Program-made: the position numbers and the translations under genes
From: Fimbriimonadales bacterium
GTDB lineage: Bacteria; Armatimonadota; Fimbriimonadia; Fimbriimonadales; JABRVX01
Reading direction: 5' to 3'
DNA length: 41,568 nucleotides
Assembly: GCA_045862955.1 (NCBI GenBank)
Contig: BTVI01000030.1
Coordinates: 1 to 41,568, forward strand
Part shown: in pieces, positions 34,601-41,568 of the stretch
Layout of the letters: each line of letters begins with the position of its first letter
How positions within the stretch are numbered: position 1 is the stretch's first letter
Notes under the pieces: model-generated
What the model saw: only the letters and a program-made list of their open reading frames with translations
What the model was told of the DNA's origin: nothing
Databases searched by the model: none

Positions 34601-35004
34601 GGCACACGAACTATCGGGCAGACCAGCAGGGCGAAGTCACATTCCGCTACTCGCTTCGCGCCCATGAAGCCTACGACTCCGCTGCTGCAACGCGCTTCGG
34701 TGTCGAAGCAAGCAGCCCGCTGATTGTTGCGCACGCGACTTCAGACAAGCGCCGCTCTCTGCCCTTCGCGGTCCAGGCGGAGGGGGCGATCGTAACGGCC
34801 CTCAAGCCGAGCGAGACGGACAGGGGGTGGGTCCTGCGCTTGTACGCCGCGTCGGGACGAGACGAGAAGGTGAGAATCCTCTGGAAGGACGGACGGGCGC
34901 GCGGCGTGTGGACGGCGGACGCGCGCGAAGAGCCCAATGATCCCTCCTCCGACGAGATCACAGTCCCAGCGTGGGGAGTGCGAACCCTGTACATCGAACG
35001 CTAG
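31636..35004 (+). CDS. GH38-like glycoside hydrolase (alpha-mannosidase-like) with N-terminal beta-sandwich accessory domain
   Basis: Motifs PHSHVDVGY, FRWNCE, DVPG, YTEHTWG, VFNTSSWTR, NNHWHTNY; typical C-terminal LKPSE..VLRLY. Confidence 0.8.
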   Translation: MVLMELAAMMAAAPALWSIGISDDTSMGLALAPSAYREFSGDAYYVVGASRPERDWPYVHPGPSDAWAGSTSHTFTVWFGLEATPARDCTLVLDLLDTHGSVPPQLLVDLNGMRIADIQTTHGSGSERALEGEYERGKPFEAEVRLPNEHLKAGDNVLTITNARGSWVVYDSLRMEAPEGTTLKQVTPHSSGEVLPARAVIYRTPEGPRQQVAVRVTYRGEPTQAHISVDGATPMTADIHSGSQTLRAMVSAATAPRTVGIEIRTESGMAADLQTEVEPVRRWDVYILPHSHVDVGYTSHQSVALKTHKKNILDAARLAEATNSYPEGARFRWNCETFWALDDLLRTMDEPEWENLAPWLWNGCIHPDASYAHLLSGLARPEELLRSFRMSRLPRPKSVPQSDAAMLVDVPGASWGMVTAMAHAGVRYLVLAPNNSDRIGRVRVAWENKPFYWVSPSGKEQVLVWQTEPYSLATFLKTGPNGWGYSNLDSPPEPIRTPDPQKHFLDPWLFEKLSALETAQYPYDMLLVTWALADNSPIDPDLPDAVRRWNETYEFPRLVIATTSEAMREFERRYGSSVPRVSGDYSPYWEEGAASSARETALNRASADRLVQAETLWAMLDPDSYPQEDFLDAWRNVLLYTEHTWGAHSSVWDPDSDFVRKQWETKQRFVLDADEQSRRLLSRALSADDGNDQREIDVFNTSSWTRTELVSLPRNWSLARDRVEDADGKPVPSQRLSNGELAFIASEVPAFGAKRFRLVPGEPYVARSATPDGHSVQNDTYRVTLDEATGDIASIVRIEDGRELVDGSQPHRFNQYLYVRGADIEGASTSGAPRIEVIERGPLVATLRVTSAAPGCRYLVREVRVIAGIDRVDITNTVWKRPVREKEGVHFAFPFSVRGGQVRFDTAWAVVTPETGQIPGANKNFLSVQRWVDVSNSWHGITLATPDAPLIELGGLWGNLIGSQTNPEAWLERLTPTQTIYSWVMNNHWHTNYRADQQGEVTFRYSLRAHEAYDSAAATRFGVEASSPLIVAHATSDKRRSLPFAVQAEGAIVTALKPSETDRGWVLRLYAASGRDEKVRILWKDGRARGVWTADAREEPNDPSSDEITVPAWGVRTLYIER

Positions 35005-35144
35005 CGCAAGGATCCTCGCTCAGCAGGCGGAGAGGATTGACGTCTTATAGAGCAGGCACGTAAGATCGGATCGGCCCCACTGCTAGCGGGGAGGAGTGCG
35101 AACCCGAAAGGGGTGTTCGACGTAGTTCCGTTCAGGAGGAGAAT

Positions 35145-35996
35145 GTGAACACTCTCAAAGTCGGAGTTCTGTTGGTCGTGCTGACTGCACTGCTGATGTG
35201 GATTGGCAGCCTGGTCGGCGGAACGAGCGGGGTCTTCGTGGCCTTCGCAGTGGCGATGGCCCTCAACTTCGGCAGCTACTGGTTCAGCGACAAGATCGTG
35301 CTCAGCATTCATCGCGCGCAGCCCGTTAGCCGCGAAGAGGCTCCCGAACTGCACGCCATGCTAGAGCGAATCTGTGCCCGGGCGGGCATCCCGGTGCCGC
35401 GGCTGTACATCTTGCCAGAGCAGCAGCCGAACGCGTTCGCCACCGGCAGGAACCCTCATCACGCCGCGGTCGCCGTGACCGAAGGCCTGCTTCGCAGCCT
35501 TCAGCCGAGCGAGGTCGAAGGCGTACTCGCTCACGAAGTCGCCCACATCAAGCACCGCGACACACTCACCATGACCATCGTCGCTACCATCGCAGGCGCG
35601 GTGATGATGCTGTCCCACATGGGCAGATGGGCCTTGATCTTCTCCGGGCGGGACGACCGCAACGGCAACGGCTTGGCCGTGCTCCTAGCGCTCATCATCG
35701 CACCGATTGCCGCGACACTCGTCCAGCTCGCTATCTCCAGGGCACGGGAGTTCGAAGCGGACGCAACCGGCGCGAGGCTTGCAGGCTCTCCCGCCGGCCT
35801 GGCGAGCGCGCTGGCGAGCCTGGAGCGGTCGGCCCGGATCATGCCTGCGCAGACCGTACCGAGCGCAGCGCACCTGTTTATCGTCAATCCGTTCGGCGGC
35901 ATGGGCTCGGCCGTCCTCAATCTCTTCCGAACGCACCCACCGACCGAGGAGCGGATTGCACGGCTTCGAGCCATGGAAATCGGGCGCAGCGCGTAG
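35145..35996 (+). CDS. htpX: Zinc metalloprotease HtpX (M48)
   Basis: RBS AGGAGG then GTG. Motifs PNAFATGRNP, AHEVAH (HExxH), SRAREFEAD, THPP. Confidence 0.95.
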   Translation: MNTLKVGVLLVVLTALLMWIGSLVGGTSGVFVAFAVAMALNFGSYWFSDKIVLSIHRAQPVSREEAPELHAMLERICARAGIPVPRLYILPEQQPNAFATGRNPHHAAVAVTEGLLRSLQPSEVEGVLAHEVAHIKHRDTLTMTIVATIAGAVMMLSHMGRWALIFSGRDDRNGNGLAVLLALIIAPIAATLVQLAISRAREFEADATGARLAGSPAGLASALASLERSARIMPAQTVPSAAHLFIVNPFGGMGSAVLNLFRTHPPTEERIARLRAMEIGRSA

Positions 35997-36021
35997 TTCA
36001 ATCTAGGCGGAAGGCTCTGGG

Positions 36022-36062
36022 AGGGCGGGTCCCGTCGGCTAGGCAGCAGCCCGCCCTTTTGC
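36022..36062 (+). terminator. Terminator-like hairpin between htpX and the TerC gene
   Basis: AGGGCGGGT...GCCCGCCCT followed by a short T run. Confidence 0.55.
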
Positions 36063-36087
36063 GTTAGACTCTGGGAGGCATCTCGCC

Positions 36088-37101
36088 TTGGAGGTATCCA
36101 CGCTGTCGCCGGAACTGATCGGCTGGCTCATCTTCGCCGCCATCATCTTGTCACTGTTGTATCTGGACCTAGGCGTTTTGCACCGCCACGCCCACGAGGT
36201 CAAGGTGAAGGAGGCGTTGATCTGGAGCGGCGTGTGGATACTGGTCGCCCTGGCCTTCAACATCGGCATCTACCTTTGGAAGGGCCACGGTCCAGCCATC
36301 GAGTTCCTCACGGGCTACGTGATCGAGCGCTCCCTTTCGATAGACAACGTCTTCGTGTTTCTCGTGGTCTTCCGTTACTTCCAGGTGCCGCCGAAGTTCC
36401 AGCACCGAGTGCTGTTTTGGGGCGTGTTTGGCGCCGTCGTGCTCAGAATCCTGATGATTCTTGCGGGCATCTCGCTCCTCAACCGATTCGCCTGGATGGT
36501 GTACGTGTTCGGCGTCCTGCTGATCGCAACGGGCATCCGCATGGCCTTCGAGAAGGACAAGAAAGCGGACCTCGAGGGCAACTTGGTCATCAGGCTCGTG
36601 CGCCGGATGCTGCCCGTTACCGAGCAGTATCACGACGCGAAGTTCATGGTGCGAACGGCCGGCAAGTTGTTCGCCACACCCCTGCTCGTGGCGCTCATCT
36701 TCGTCGAGGTGAGCGACGTGGTTTTCGCCATCGACTCCATCCCCGCCATTCTGGCAATCACCCGCGACCCGTTCATCGTGTACACCTCGAACGTCTTCGC
36801 CATCCTAGGCTTGCGCGCGCTGTACTTCGCGGTGGCCGGCATCATGGATATGTTCCATTACCTACACTACGGCTTGTCGCTCATCCTAATGTTCGTGGGA
36901 GTGAAGATGCTCTTGGCGGAGTCGCCCTACAAGATTCCGACAGAGGTGTCGCTCATCGTAGTGTGCGCGGTGCTGACGGTGTCCATCCTCGCATCGGTGT
37001 GGCGGCCGCGTCCAGCACCGACTACCCCGAGACCATCAGCCGACGGCGTCGCGGATGCAACGGAAGTGCAGCCGGTTCAGTCCACGCCGACACCGAAGTA
37101 G
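36088..37101 (+). CDS. TerC/Alx family membrane protein (putative Mn2+ homeostasis)
   Basis: Motifs ERSLSIDNVFVF, QHRVLFWG, DVVFAIDSIPA, TSNVFAILGLRALYF; multiple TM helices. Confidence 0.92.
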   Translation: MEVSTLSPELIGWLIFAAIILSLLYLDLGVLHRHAHEVKVKEALIWSGVWILVALAFNIGIYLWKGHGPAIEFLTGYVIERSLSIDNVFVFLVVFRYFQVPPKFQHRVLFWGVFGAVVLRILMILAGISLLNRFAWMVYVFGVLLIATGIRMAFEKDKKADLEGNLVIRLVRRMLPVTEQYHDAKFMVRTAGKLFATPLLVALIFVEVSDVVFAIDSIPAILAITRDPFIVYTSNVFAILGLRALYFAVAGIMDMFHYLHYGLSLILMFVGVKMLLAESPYKIPTEVSLIVVCAVLTVSILASVWRPRPAPTTPRPSADGVADATEVQPVQSTPTPK

Positions 37102-37163
37102 CGCTGACGTCGGCGGGACCGGGGGCATCGTACAAGGCTCAGATTCCCGCCTTCGAGCCTGCT

Positions 37164-37206
37164 GAAAAAGCCCTATGCCCTCGCCTATCGGCAGCACCGA
37201 GGGCAT
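37164..37206 (-). terminator. Hairpin between the convergent TerC and ferredoxin genes
   Basis: ATGCCCTCG/CGAGGGCAT stem; T run (GGGCTTTTTC) on the minus strand. Confidence 0.4.
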
Positions 37207-37430
37207 GAAGCGAAGCTGAGGACCGCGCCGGGGCGCGCTTCGGAACTTCCGCGTCGGTGCCGTGACGAGCTCTCCATCAGGCACCTTCGCAGGAATGACA
37301 TTGGATGGCACACCAAAGTCACTAATCTCGATTACTGCGAAAGCAGGAGCCCACGAGACCCGGACGCTGCCGCGCGCATGGCTCTGCCAGTGAGATGCGT
37401 GCAGTCCCCCCCTTGCTGCTTAGCAGCGAC

Positions 37431-37622
37431 TTAGTTGGCAGCTACGATGGCGTCGTTAGGGCAAGCGGCTTCGCACTTGGGGCCGTCCGGCTCACCGGCA
37501 CAGTCCGTGCACTTGTTCGGGTCAATCACGTAGGTGTCGGCGGCCTCCGAGATGGCTCCGTTCGGGCACTCGGGCTCGCATACCCCGCAAGCGATGCAGT
37601 CATCGGTAATCTTTCGCGGCAT
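37431..37622 (-). CDS. 2[4Fe-4S] ferredoxin
   Basis: CIACGVCEPECP and CTDC-x7-CEAACP; RBS GGAGG. Confidence 0.92.
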   Translation of the reverse strand: MPRKITDDCIACGVCEPECPNGAISEAADTYVIDPNKCTDCAGEPDGPKCEAACPNDAIVAAN

Positions 37623-37803
37623 TCGATTCCCCTCCAGAAGGTTTCAGCGCCGATTGCGCCATTGTGCACAAAGCACCGTCAACATAATAGCACACTTCGT
37701 GCCGCTAAGGATCGTCGGACGCTTCGGGTCCTAGGCAGACTCATTCAATTGCCAGGTCCCGCTCTCCGAAGGAGCATGGCCTCGGCAGCGAATCCTCTTC
37801 GCC

Positions 37804-38889
37804 ATGGGTGATCCCTCTCTCGAGTACAAGCCCGACGCGGCTGAGGCGATACGCCGAATGGAAGCCTGGTGGGAGGGCGCGATCCTCGATCGGCCCGCCA
37901 TCCAGGTTCGAGCACCCAAGCCGCGACAGGTGCTTGCACCCAAGAGCCACCACCGGTCGCTGCGCGAGCGGTGGATGGATACCGAGTTCGCCGTGCGATG
38001 CGCCGAGGCGTGGATCGCTTCGACTTATTGGTGTGGAGAGACGCTGCCGACTTTCGTGCCCAACCTCGGGCCAGAACTGCTCGCGGCTGCCTACGGCGCC
38101 GAGCTGGAATTCGGTGAGGACACTTCTTGGTCCGTGCCCGCGCTGAGTGATTGGCATGGGCTCGACCGCCTTAGCTTCGATCCGTCCAATCCGTACATCC
38201 AGAAGATCCTGGAGATGACGCGGCTGGGGCTCGAGGTCGGACGCGGGAGGTTCCTCGTGGGAATCACGGACCTGCATCCGGGTGCGGACCTCGCGGCCTC
38301 TCTGCGAGACCCGCAGCAGCTGTGCGTGGACCTCATTGAAGCTCCCCAACAGGTGCACAGGCTCATGGACCACATCCGTCCGGCGTTCTACGAGATGTAC
38401 TGCCTTCAGGAGAGCATATTGACGGCAGCAGGACAACCCATCACGGTGAGTTGGCACCCGTTGTTCGCACCAGGACGCTACTACATCCCTTCTGCCGACT
38501 TTTCGTGCATGGTGTCCGAACCGATGTTTCGGGAGTTCTTTCTCCAGGAGATCGTCGAGGAGGTCGAGTGGCTGGACCGGTCGGTGTACCACCTAGACGG
38601 GCCGGGAGCACTCCACCTGCTAGACACCATCCTCGAGATCCCGAAGCTGGATGCCCTCGAGTTCGTGTACGGCGCCGGCAACGGGCCTGCGTCCAAGTGG
38701 ATGGATGTGTATCGCCGTGTCTTGGCGGCGGGCAAGAACATCCACATAACGGCCGAACCCGACGACCTGGAGCCGTTCTTCGAGGCTCTAGATCCGGAAG
38801 GCGTGATGCTCTGCACATGGGCTAAAGACGTGGAGCACGCAGACGCAATCGTACGAAGGGTGTCGAAGTGGACGAAAAGCGGGCCTTAG
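37804..38889 (+). CDS. URO-D/methyltransferase-superfamily protein of unknown function
   Basis: Motifs WWEGAILDRP, PNLGP, TDLHPGAD, DFSCMVS, YHLDGPGA, LDPEGV. Confidence 0.7.
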   Translation: MGDPSLEYKPDAAEAIRRMEAWWEGAILDRPAIQVRAPKPRQVLAPKSHHRSLRERWMDTEFAVRCAEAWIASTYWCGETLPTFVPNLGPELLAAAYGAELEFGEDTSWSVPALSDWHGLDRLSFDPSNPYIQKILEMTRLGLEVGRGRFLVGITDLHPGADLAASLRDPQQLCVDLIEAPQQVHRLMDHIRPAFYEMYCLQESILTAAGQPITVSWHPLFAPGRYYIPSADFSCMVSEPMFREFFLQEIVEEVEWLDRSVYHLDGPGALHLLDTILEIPKLDALEFVYGAGNGPASKWMDVYRRVLAAGKNIHITAEPDDLEPFFEALDPEGVMLCTWAKDVEHADAIVRRVSKWTKSGP

Positions 38890-39590
38890 TCTACGAAGTC
38901 CTCGCCCTCGTAGGCGCGATCCTCGCCGACACCGGGGAACAAGAACATGAGGTCAGGCCCGTCGCCGAATATTGCTGTCGTCGTGCGAGATAACTTCTTG
39001 TACTCGGCGCTGCCGTCCGCAAACAGCACGTTCAGGGTTGCTCGGTCGTCGTGGGAACTCTCTCGCCCGGCTTGGTGAAAGGCCCACTGCTCCCAAAGCA
39101 CCGCCACCTTGGAAGGAACGATCAATCTTGCTAGGTTGCCGTCGTAGGCGAGGTCGAGCTTATACTCGTAGGAAGTGGAGAACCGGCTCCTGTCATCTCC
39201 GCGGTCAGCCGGACAGAACAGGTCTCGCATTCGCAGGTAGGGGTGGATGTCGTCGAGCCAGCAGTACCGTTCAGCTGCCGGGCGGGCAGCACACAGGCAA
39301 TAGGAGCGGTGGACGAACTGCTCGGCATAAGTGTACTGGAACGCCTCTGCCAGAAGGTTGTGCTCGGGGAGAAGGCCCGCATGGTCGTCGCTGTACATCG
39401 TGAGGGCGGCACCTGCTTGGTGCAGGTTCGAGAGACACGACGAACCCATCCCGGAACGCTTCGCCGCGGAGATCACCGGATACAGCAGCGCGGCGAGCGT
39501 CGACAGGATAGCCACAACGGTGAGTAGTTCAACGAGGCTGAAGCCTCTGACGAGTTCACCGTTTGTCTTCGCAGCAGACGAGCAAACCAT
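38886..39590 (-). CDS. Prepilin-type N-terminal cleavage/methylation protein with H-X9-DG-like C-terminal motif (DUF1559-like)
   Basis: RG-FSLVELLTVVAILSTLAALLYP; CLSNLHQ; FCPAD; H...NVLFADG. Confidence 0.85.
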   Translation of the reverse strand: MVCSSAAKTNGELVRGFSLVELLTVVAILSTLAALLYPVISAAKRSGMGSSCLSNLHQAGAALTMYSDDHAGLLPEHNLLAEAFQYTYAEQFVHRSYCLCAARPAAERYCWLDDIHPYLRMRDLFCPADRGDDRSRFSTSYEYKLDLAYDGNLARLIVPSKVAVLWEQWAFHQAGRESSHDDRATLNVLFADGSAEYKKLSRTTTAIFGDGPDLMFLFPGVGEDRAYEGEDFVD

Positions 39591-39797
39591 AGGACCTTTG
39601 GGCCTTACACCGACAATCTATTCTAACGCGAATCCTGCGAAACTTGCCGCGACAACTCAGAATTCCGAGGGGTTTTTCGCGTGTTGAACTCGGATTTCCC
39701 AGAAAACCGGTATTCGGCCACTCGCTAATGCGAGCCCCCTTTCGAATCCAGCTCCCAAGTCAATGCGATTCGCACCAATCGGCACGAGGCCGAGAGC

Positions 39798-41258
39798 CTA
39801 CTCGCACATATTGATCGGCACGATGCCTAGGTACCTGCACGCCGCTTCCAACTCGGCAAGCCAGTCGCCCTCGATTGCGTGGATGTGGTTGCATGAGAAC
39901 TGCATCGCCAGGTCGCGCTCCGAGCAGTCGAACTTCGCGTACGCATGGGGCCACTCGTAGCTGGTCTGCTTTCCGAGCCGCTCGTTTTCTTCCCAACCGT
40001 AGTCCACAAAGGATCCCGTGAAGAAGTGCATCCGATACGTTCCGCTCGCCCGAGTAATCCGCGCGAAGGTCACCTTTTCGGCCGGCGCGGCGTAGAACTG
40101 CACCGAAGCGCCGCCGCACGGGAAGTACATCGGGTCGCTGGGGAAGAGCCTCACTCGCGACCAGTTCTCGGCGAAATCTTCGGTTCGCGTTGCGAACCAC
40201 GGGGCGTGCTGCCCCGAGTTGACCAAGTCGTAGATACCCTGCTCCTTGTGGTAGTGCCGTAGGTCGGCGAACAGGACGGGAGTTCCCGACAGGTGATGCA
40301 GAAGCTGCATCGTGAGCGCACCATTCGAGTCGCACTCGGTGGCGGTGATGATGGGCTTCTTCCGTGGATTCTCCCAGTCGGCGGTGTCGTTCAGAAGCGC
40401 TTCCGGAAGGTCCATCGTGATGCCGTGCGGCCACTCCGTGTAGTCCAGCTGTCCGGTGAGTCCGAGGAAGTCTAAGCCCTCCTCCACGCAGTAGTCCTTG
40501 ATGGCGAGGTAAAGCCGCACCTGCCGACCGAGCTGCCCGTCAACACCTCTCGGCAAACGCTCGTTATCCCACAGGATCTCCTTCGCGTGACGCTCGAGCC
40601 ATTGCAGACCGGCTTCCACGCGGTCGTTGGGGATTCTCTCGGCGAGCCATGCCAACGTCAATTGGCTACGGTGGAACACGTGAATGCCGAACTCCTCCAT
40701 CCATTGGCTGGGGTCTATGTGACCCGTGTACATTCCCATGGAGGGGCCATCGAATTCACCGTAGCGCAAGCCACTCAGGCGCTCGGCAGCATGCTCTCCT
40801 CTCTGAATCCGATCCGGTTCGTGGAGCGCGAGGAAGCGCCGGATGTCCGCGGCCACTTCTGGCTCGTCCACATCGCCGAGGGCCCTGCCATACGGAATGC
40901 CGATCTCGTCGAGCGCGCCAGCCGCCGCGAAGAAGGCGACCCAACCCGGGTACGACGGATTGATGTTTCCCACGAACAGAATGGGGCAGTCCACGTCGCG
41001 CGCAGCCTGCGCCGTAAAATCCGGATACGCCCAGACACAGTAGTTGAAGACCACGACCTCGCAGCCACCTTCGTTCATTCGAGTGGCCTCGTCTCGGGCG
41101 GTGCTCCAGTTCCACACGGCCTGCGAGCCTTCGATCACCTCATGCCCTTCCTTGCGGAAGAACTCGGCGATCTTGGTCTGGAATCGTGTGGTGGACTCCC
41201 TGCCTCGCTCGGCCACTCGTCTGCGGCCATCGGTAAAGGTAATGATGCCGATACGCAT
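39798..41258 (-). CDS. fucI: L-fucose isomerase family protein
   Basis: ATG 41258 after GAGGGA. Motifs SMGMYTG, TECDSNG (Glu), FADLRH (Asp), NSG, WPHA, NHIH (His), matching FucI metal/catalytic residues; shorter than enteric FucI. Confidence 0.8.
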   Translation of the reverse strand: MRIGIITFTDGRRRVAERGRESTTRFQTKIAEFFRKEGHEVIEGSQAVWNWSTARDEATRMNEGGCEVVVFNYCVWAYPDFTAQAARDVDCPILFVGNINPSYPGWVAFFAAAGALDEIGIPYGRALGDVDEPEVAADIRRFLALHEPDRIQRGEHAAERLSGLRYGEFDGPSMGMYTGHIDPSQWMEEFGIHVFHRSQLTLAWLAERIPNDRVEAGLQWLERHAKEILWDNERLPRGVDGQLGRQVRLYLAIKDYCVEEGLDFLGLTGQLDYTEWPHGITMDLPEALLNDTADWENPRKKPIITATECDSNGALTMQLLHHLSGTPVLFADLRHYHKEQGIYDLVNSGQHAPWFATRTEDFAENWSRVRLFPSDPMYFPCGGASVQFYAAPAEKVTFARITRASGTYRMHFFTGSFVDYGWEENERLGKQTSYEWPHAYAKFDCSERDLAMQFSCNHIHAIEGDWLAELEAACRYLGIVPINMCE

Positions 41259-41391
41259 TGTTCGCTCCCTCGAATGCCGGCCCGGAGGGTTCACGGCGAC
41301 CCGCGGCGCGGGCCGTAGCCGAGAGGGTCTCCGCGGAGGCGCCGGGCGGCGCTTGCCATCCCCTACACTTCGCCGTTCGTGCAGCCGTCCC

Positions 41392-41419
41392 TTGTTACTC
41401 GGGCATAGGAATGTATACT
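41392..41419 (+). promoter_or_regulatory. Possible sigma70 promoter for gpsA
   Basis: TTGTTA, 16-bp spacer, TATACT. Confidence 0.4.
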
Positions 41420-41472
41420 TGCGTTCGCGCCTGCGCCGACTGGCAGGCGACACGGGAAGGGGATCGACCTGC

Positions 41473-41568
41473 GTGAGCGATGCAGTGATTGTCGGCGCCG
41501 GAAGCTGGGGAACGGCTCTCGCCCTAGTGCTCGGGCGCAAAGACGTCTCCGTCTCCCTCTGGGGGCGC
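41473..41568 (+). CDS. gpsA: NAD(P)H-dependent glycerol-3-phosphate dehydrogenase, 5' fragment (runs off window)
   Basis: GTG 41473: MSDAVIVGAGSWGTALALVLGRKDVSVSLWGR (GAGSWGTALA Rossmann signature). Confidence 0.85.
   Translation, partial: MSDAVIVGAGSWGTALALVLGRKDVSVSLWGR

Noticed and set aside
35997..36087. yybP-ykoY manganese riboswitch upstream of the TerC gene
   Set aside because: Only ~90 bp, mostly one terminator-like hairpin; no GGGGAGTAG-type aptamer core seen.
41259..41540. N-terminal extension of the FucI-family ORF
   Set aside because: Low-complexity Arg/Pro sequence overlapping the gpsA start; RBS and ATG at 41258 fit better.

Overview
GC-rich bacterial window. The protein repertoire (C-terminal dockerin-like tails ending F-x-x-x-G-D, a prepilin/H-X9-DG-type protein, many glycoside hydrolases and URO-D-like proteins) suggests an Armatimonadota- or PVC-like organism; this is an inference only. 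The left ~18 kb is a minus-strand array of three repeated two-gene modules. Each module has a secreted right-handed beta-helix / choice-of-anchor-Q / dockerin-like protein followed by a secreted Cys-stapled Ig-repeat protein (703, ~1130 and >1256 aa). The two complete Ig-repeat proteins end in a shared ~260-280 aa C-terminal domain that I do not recognise. Each Ig-repeat gene has its own near-consensus sigma70 promoter and long leader. The largest Ig-repeat gene (3770 to <1) is missing from the ORF track because it runs off the window. A 17-bp tandem repeat fused to a REP-like inverted repeat lies inside the array. At ~19.0-19.26 kb there is a promoter- and terminator-bounded structured ncRNA candidate. 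The rest is housekeeping and sugar catabolism: hemW, M20 amidohydrolase, NTP transferase, two URO-D-like proteins, GH116, TPR lipoprotein, tsaC, a pseudo-receiver-PilZ protein behind a sigma54 motif, a GH20-like/HEAT fusion, a GH38-like enzyme, htpX, TerC, ferredoxin, a prepilin-type protein, a fucose-isomerase-family enzyme and the 5' end of gpsA. All calls are by eye from motifs; no searches were run.
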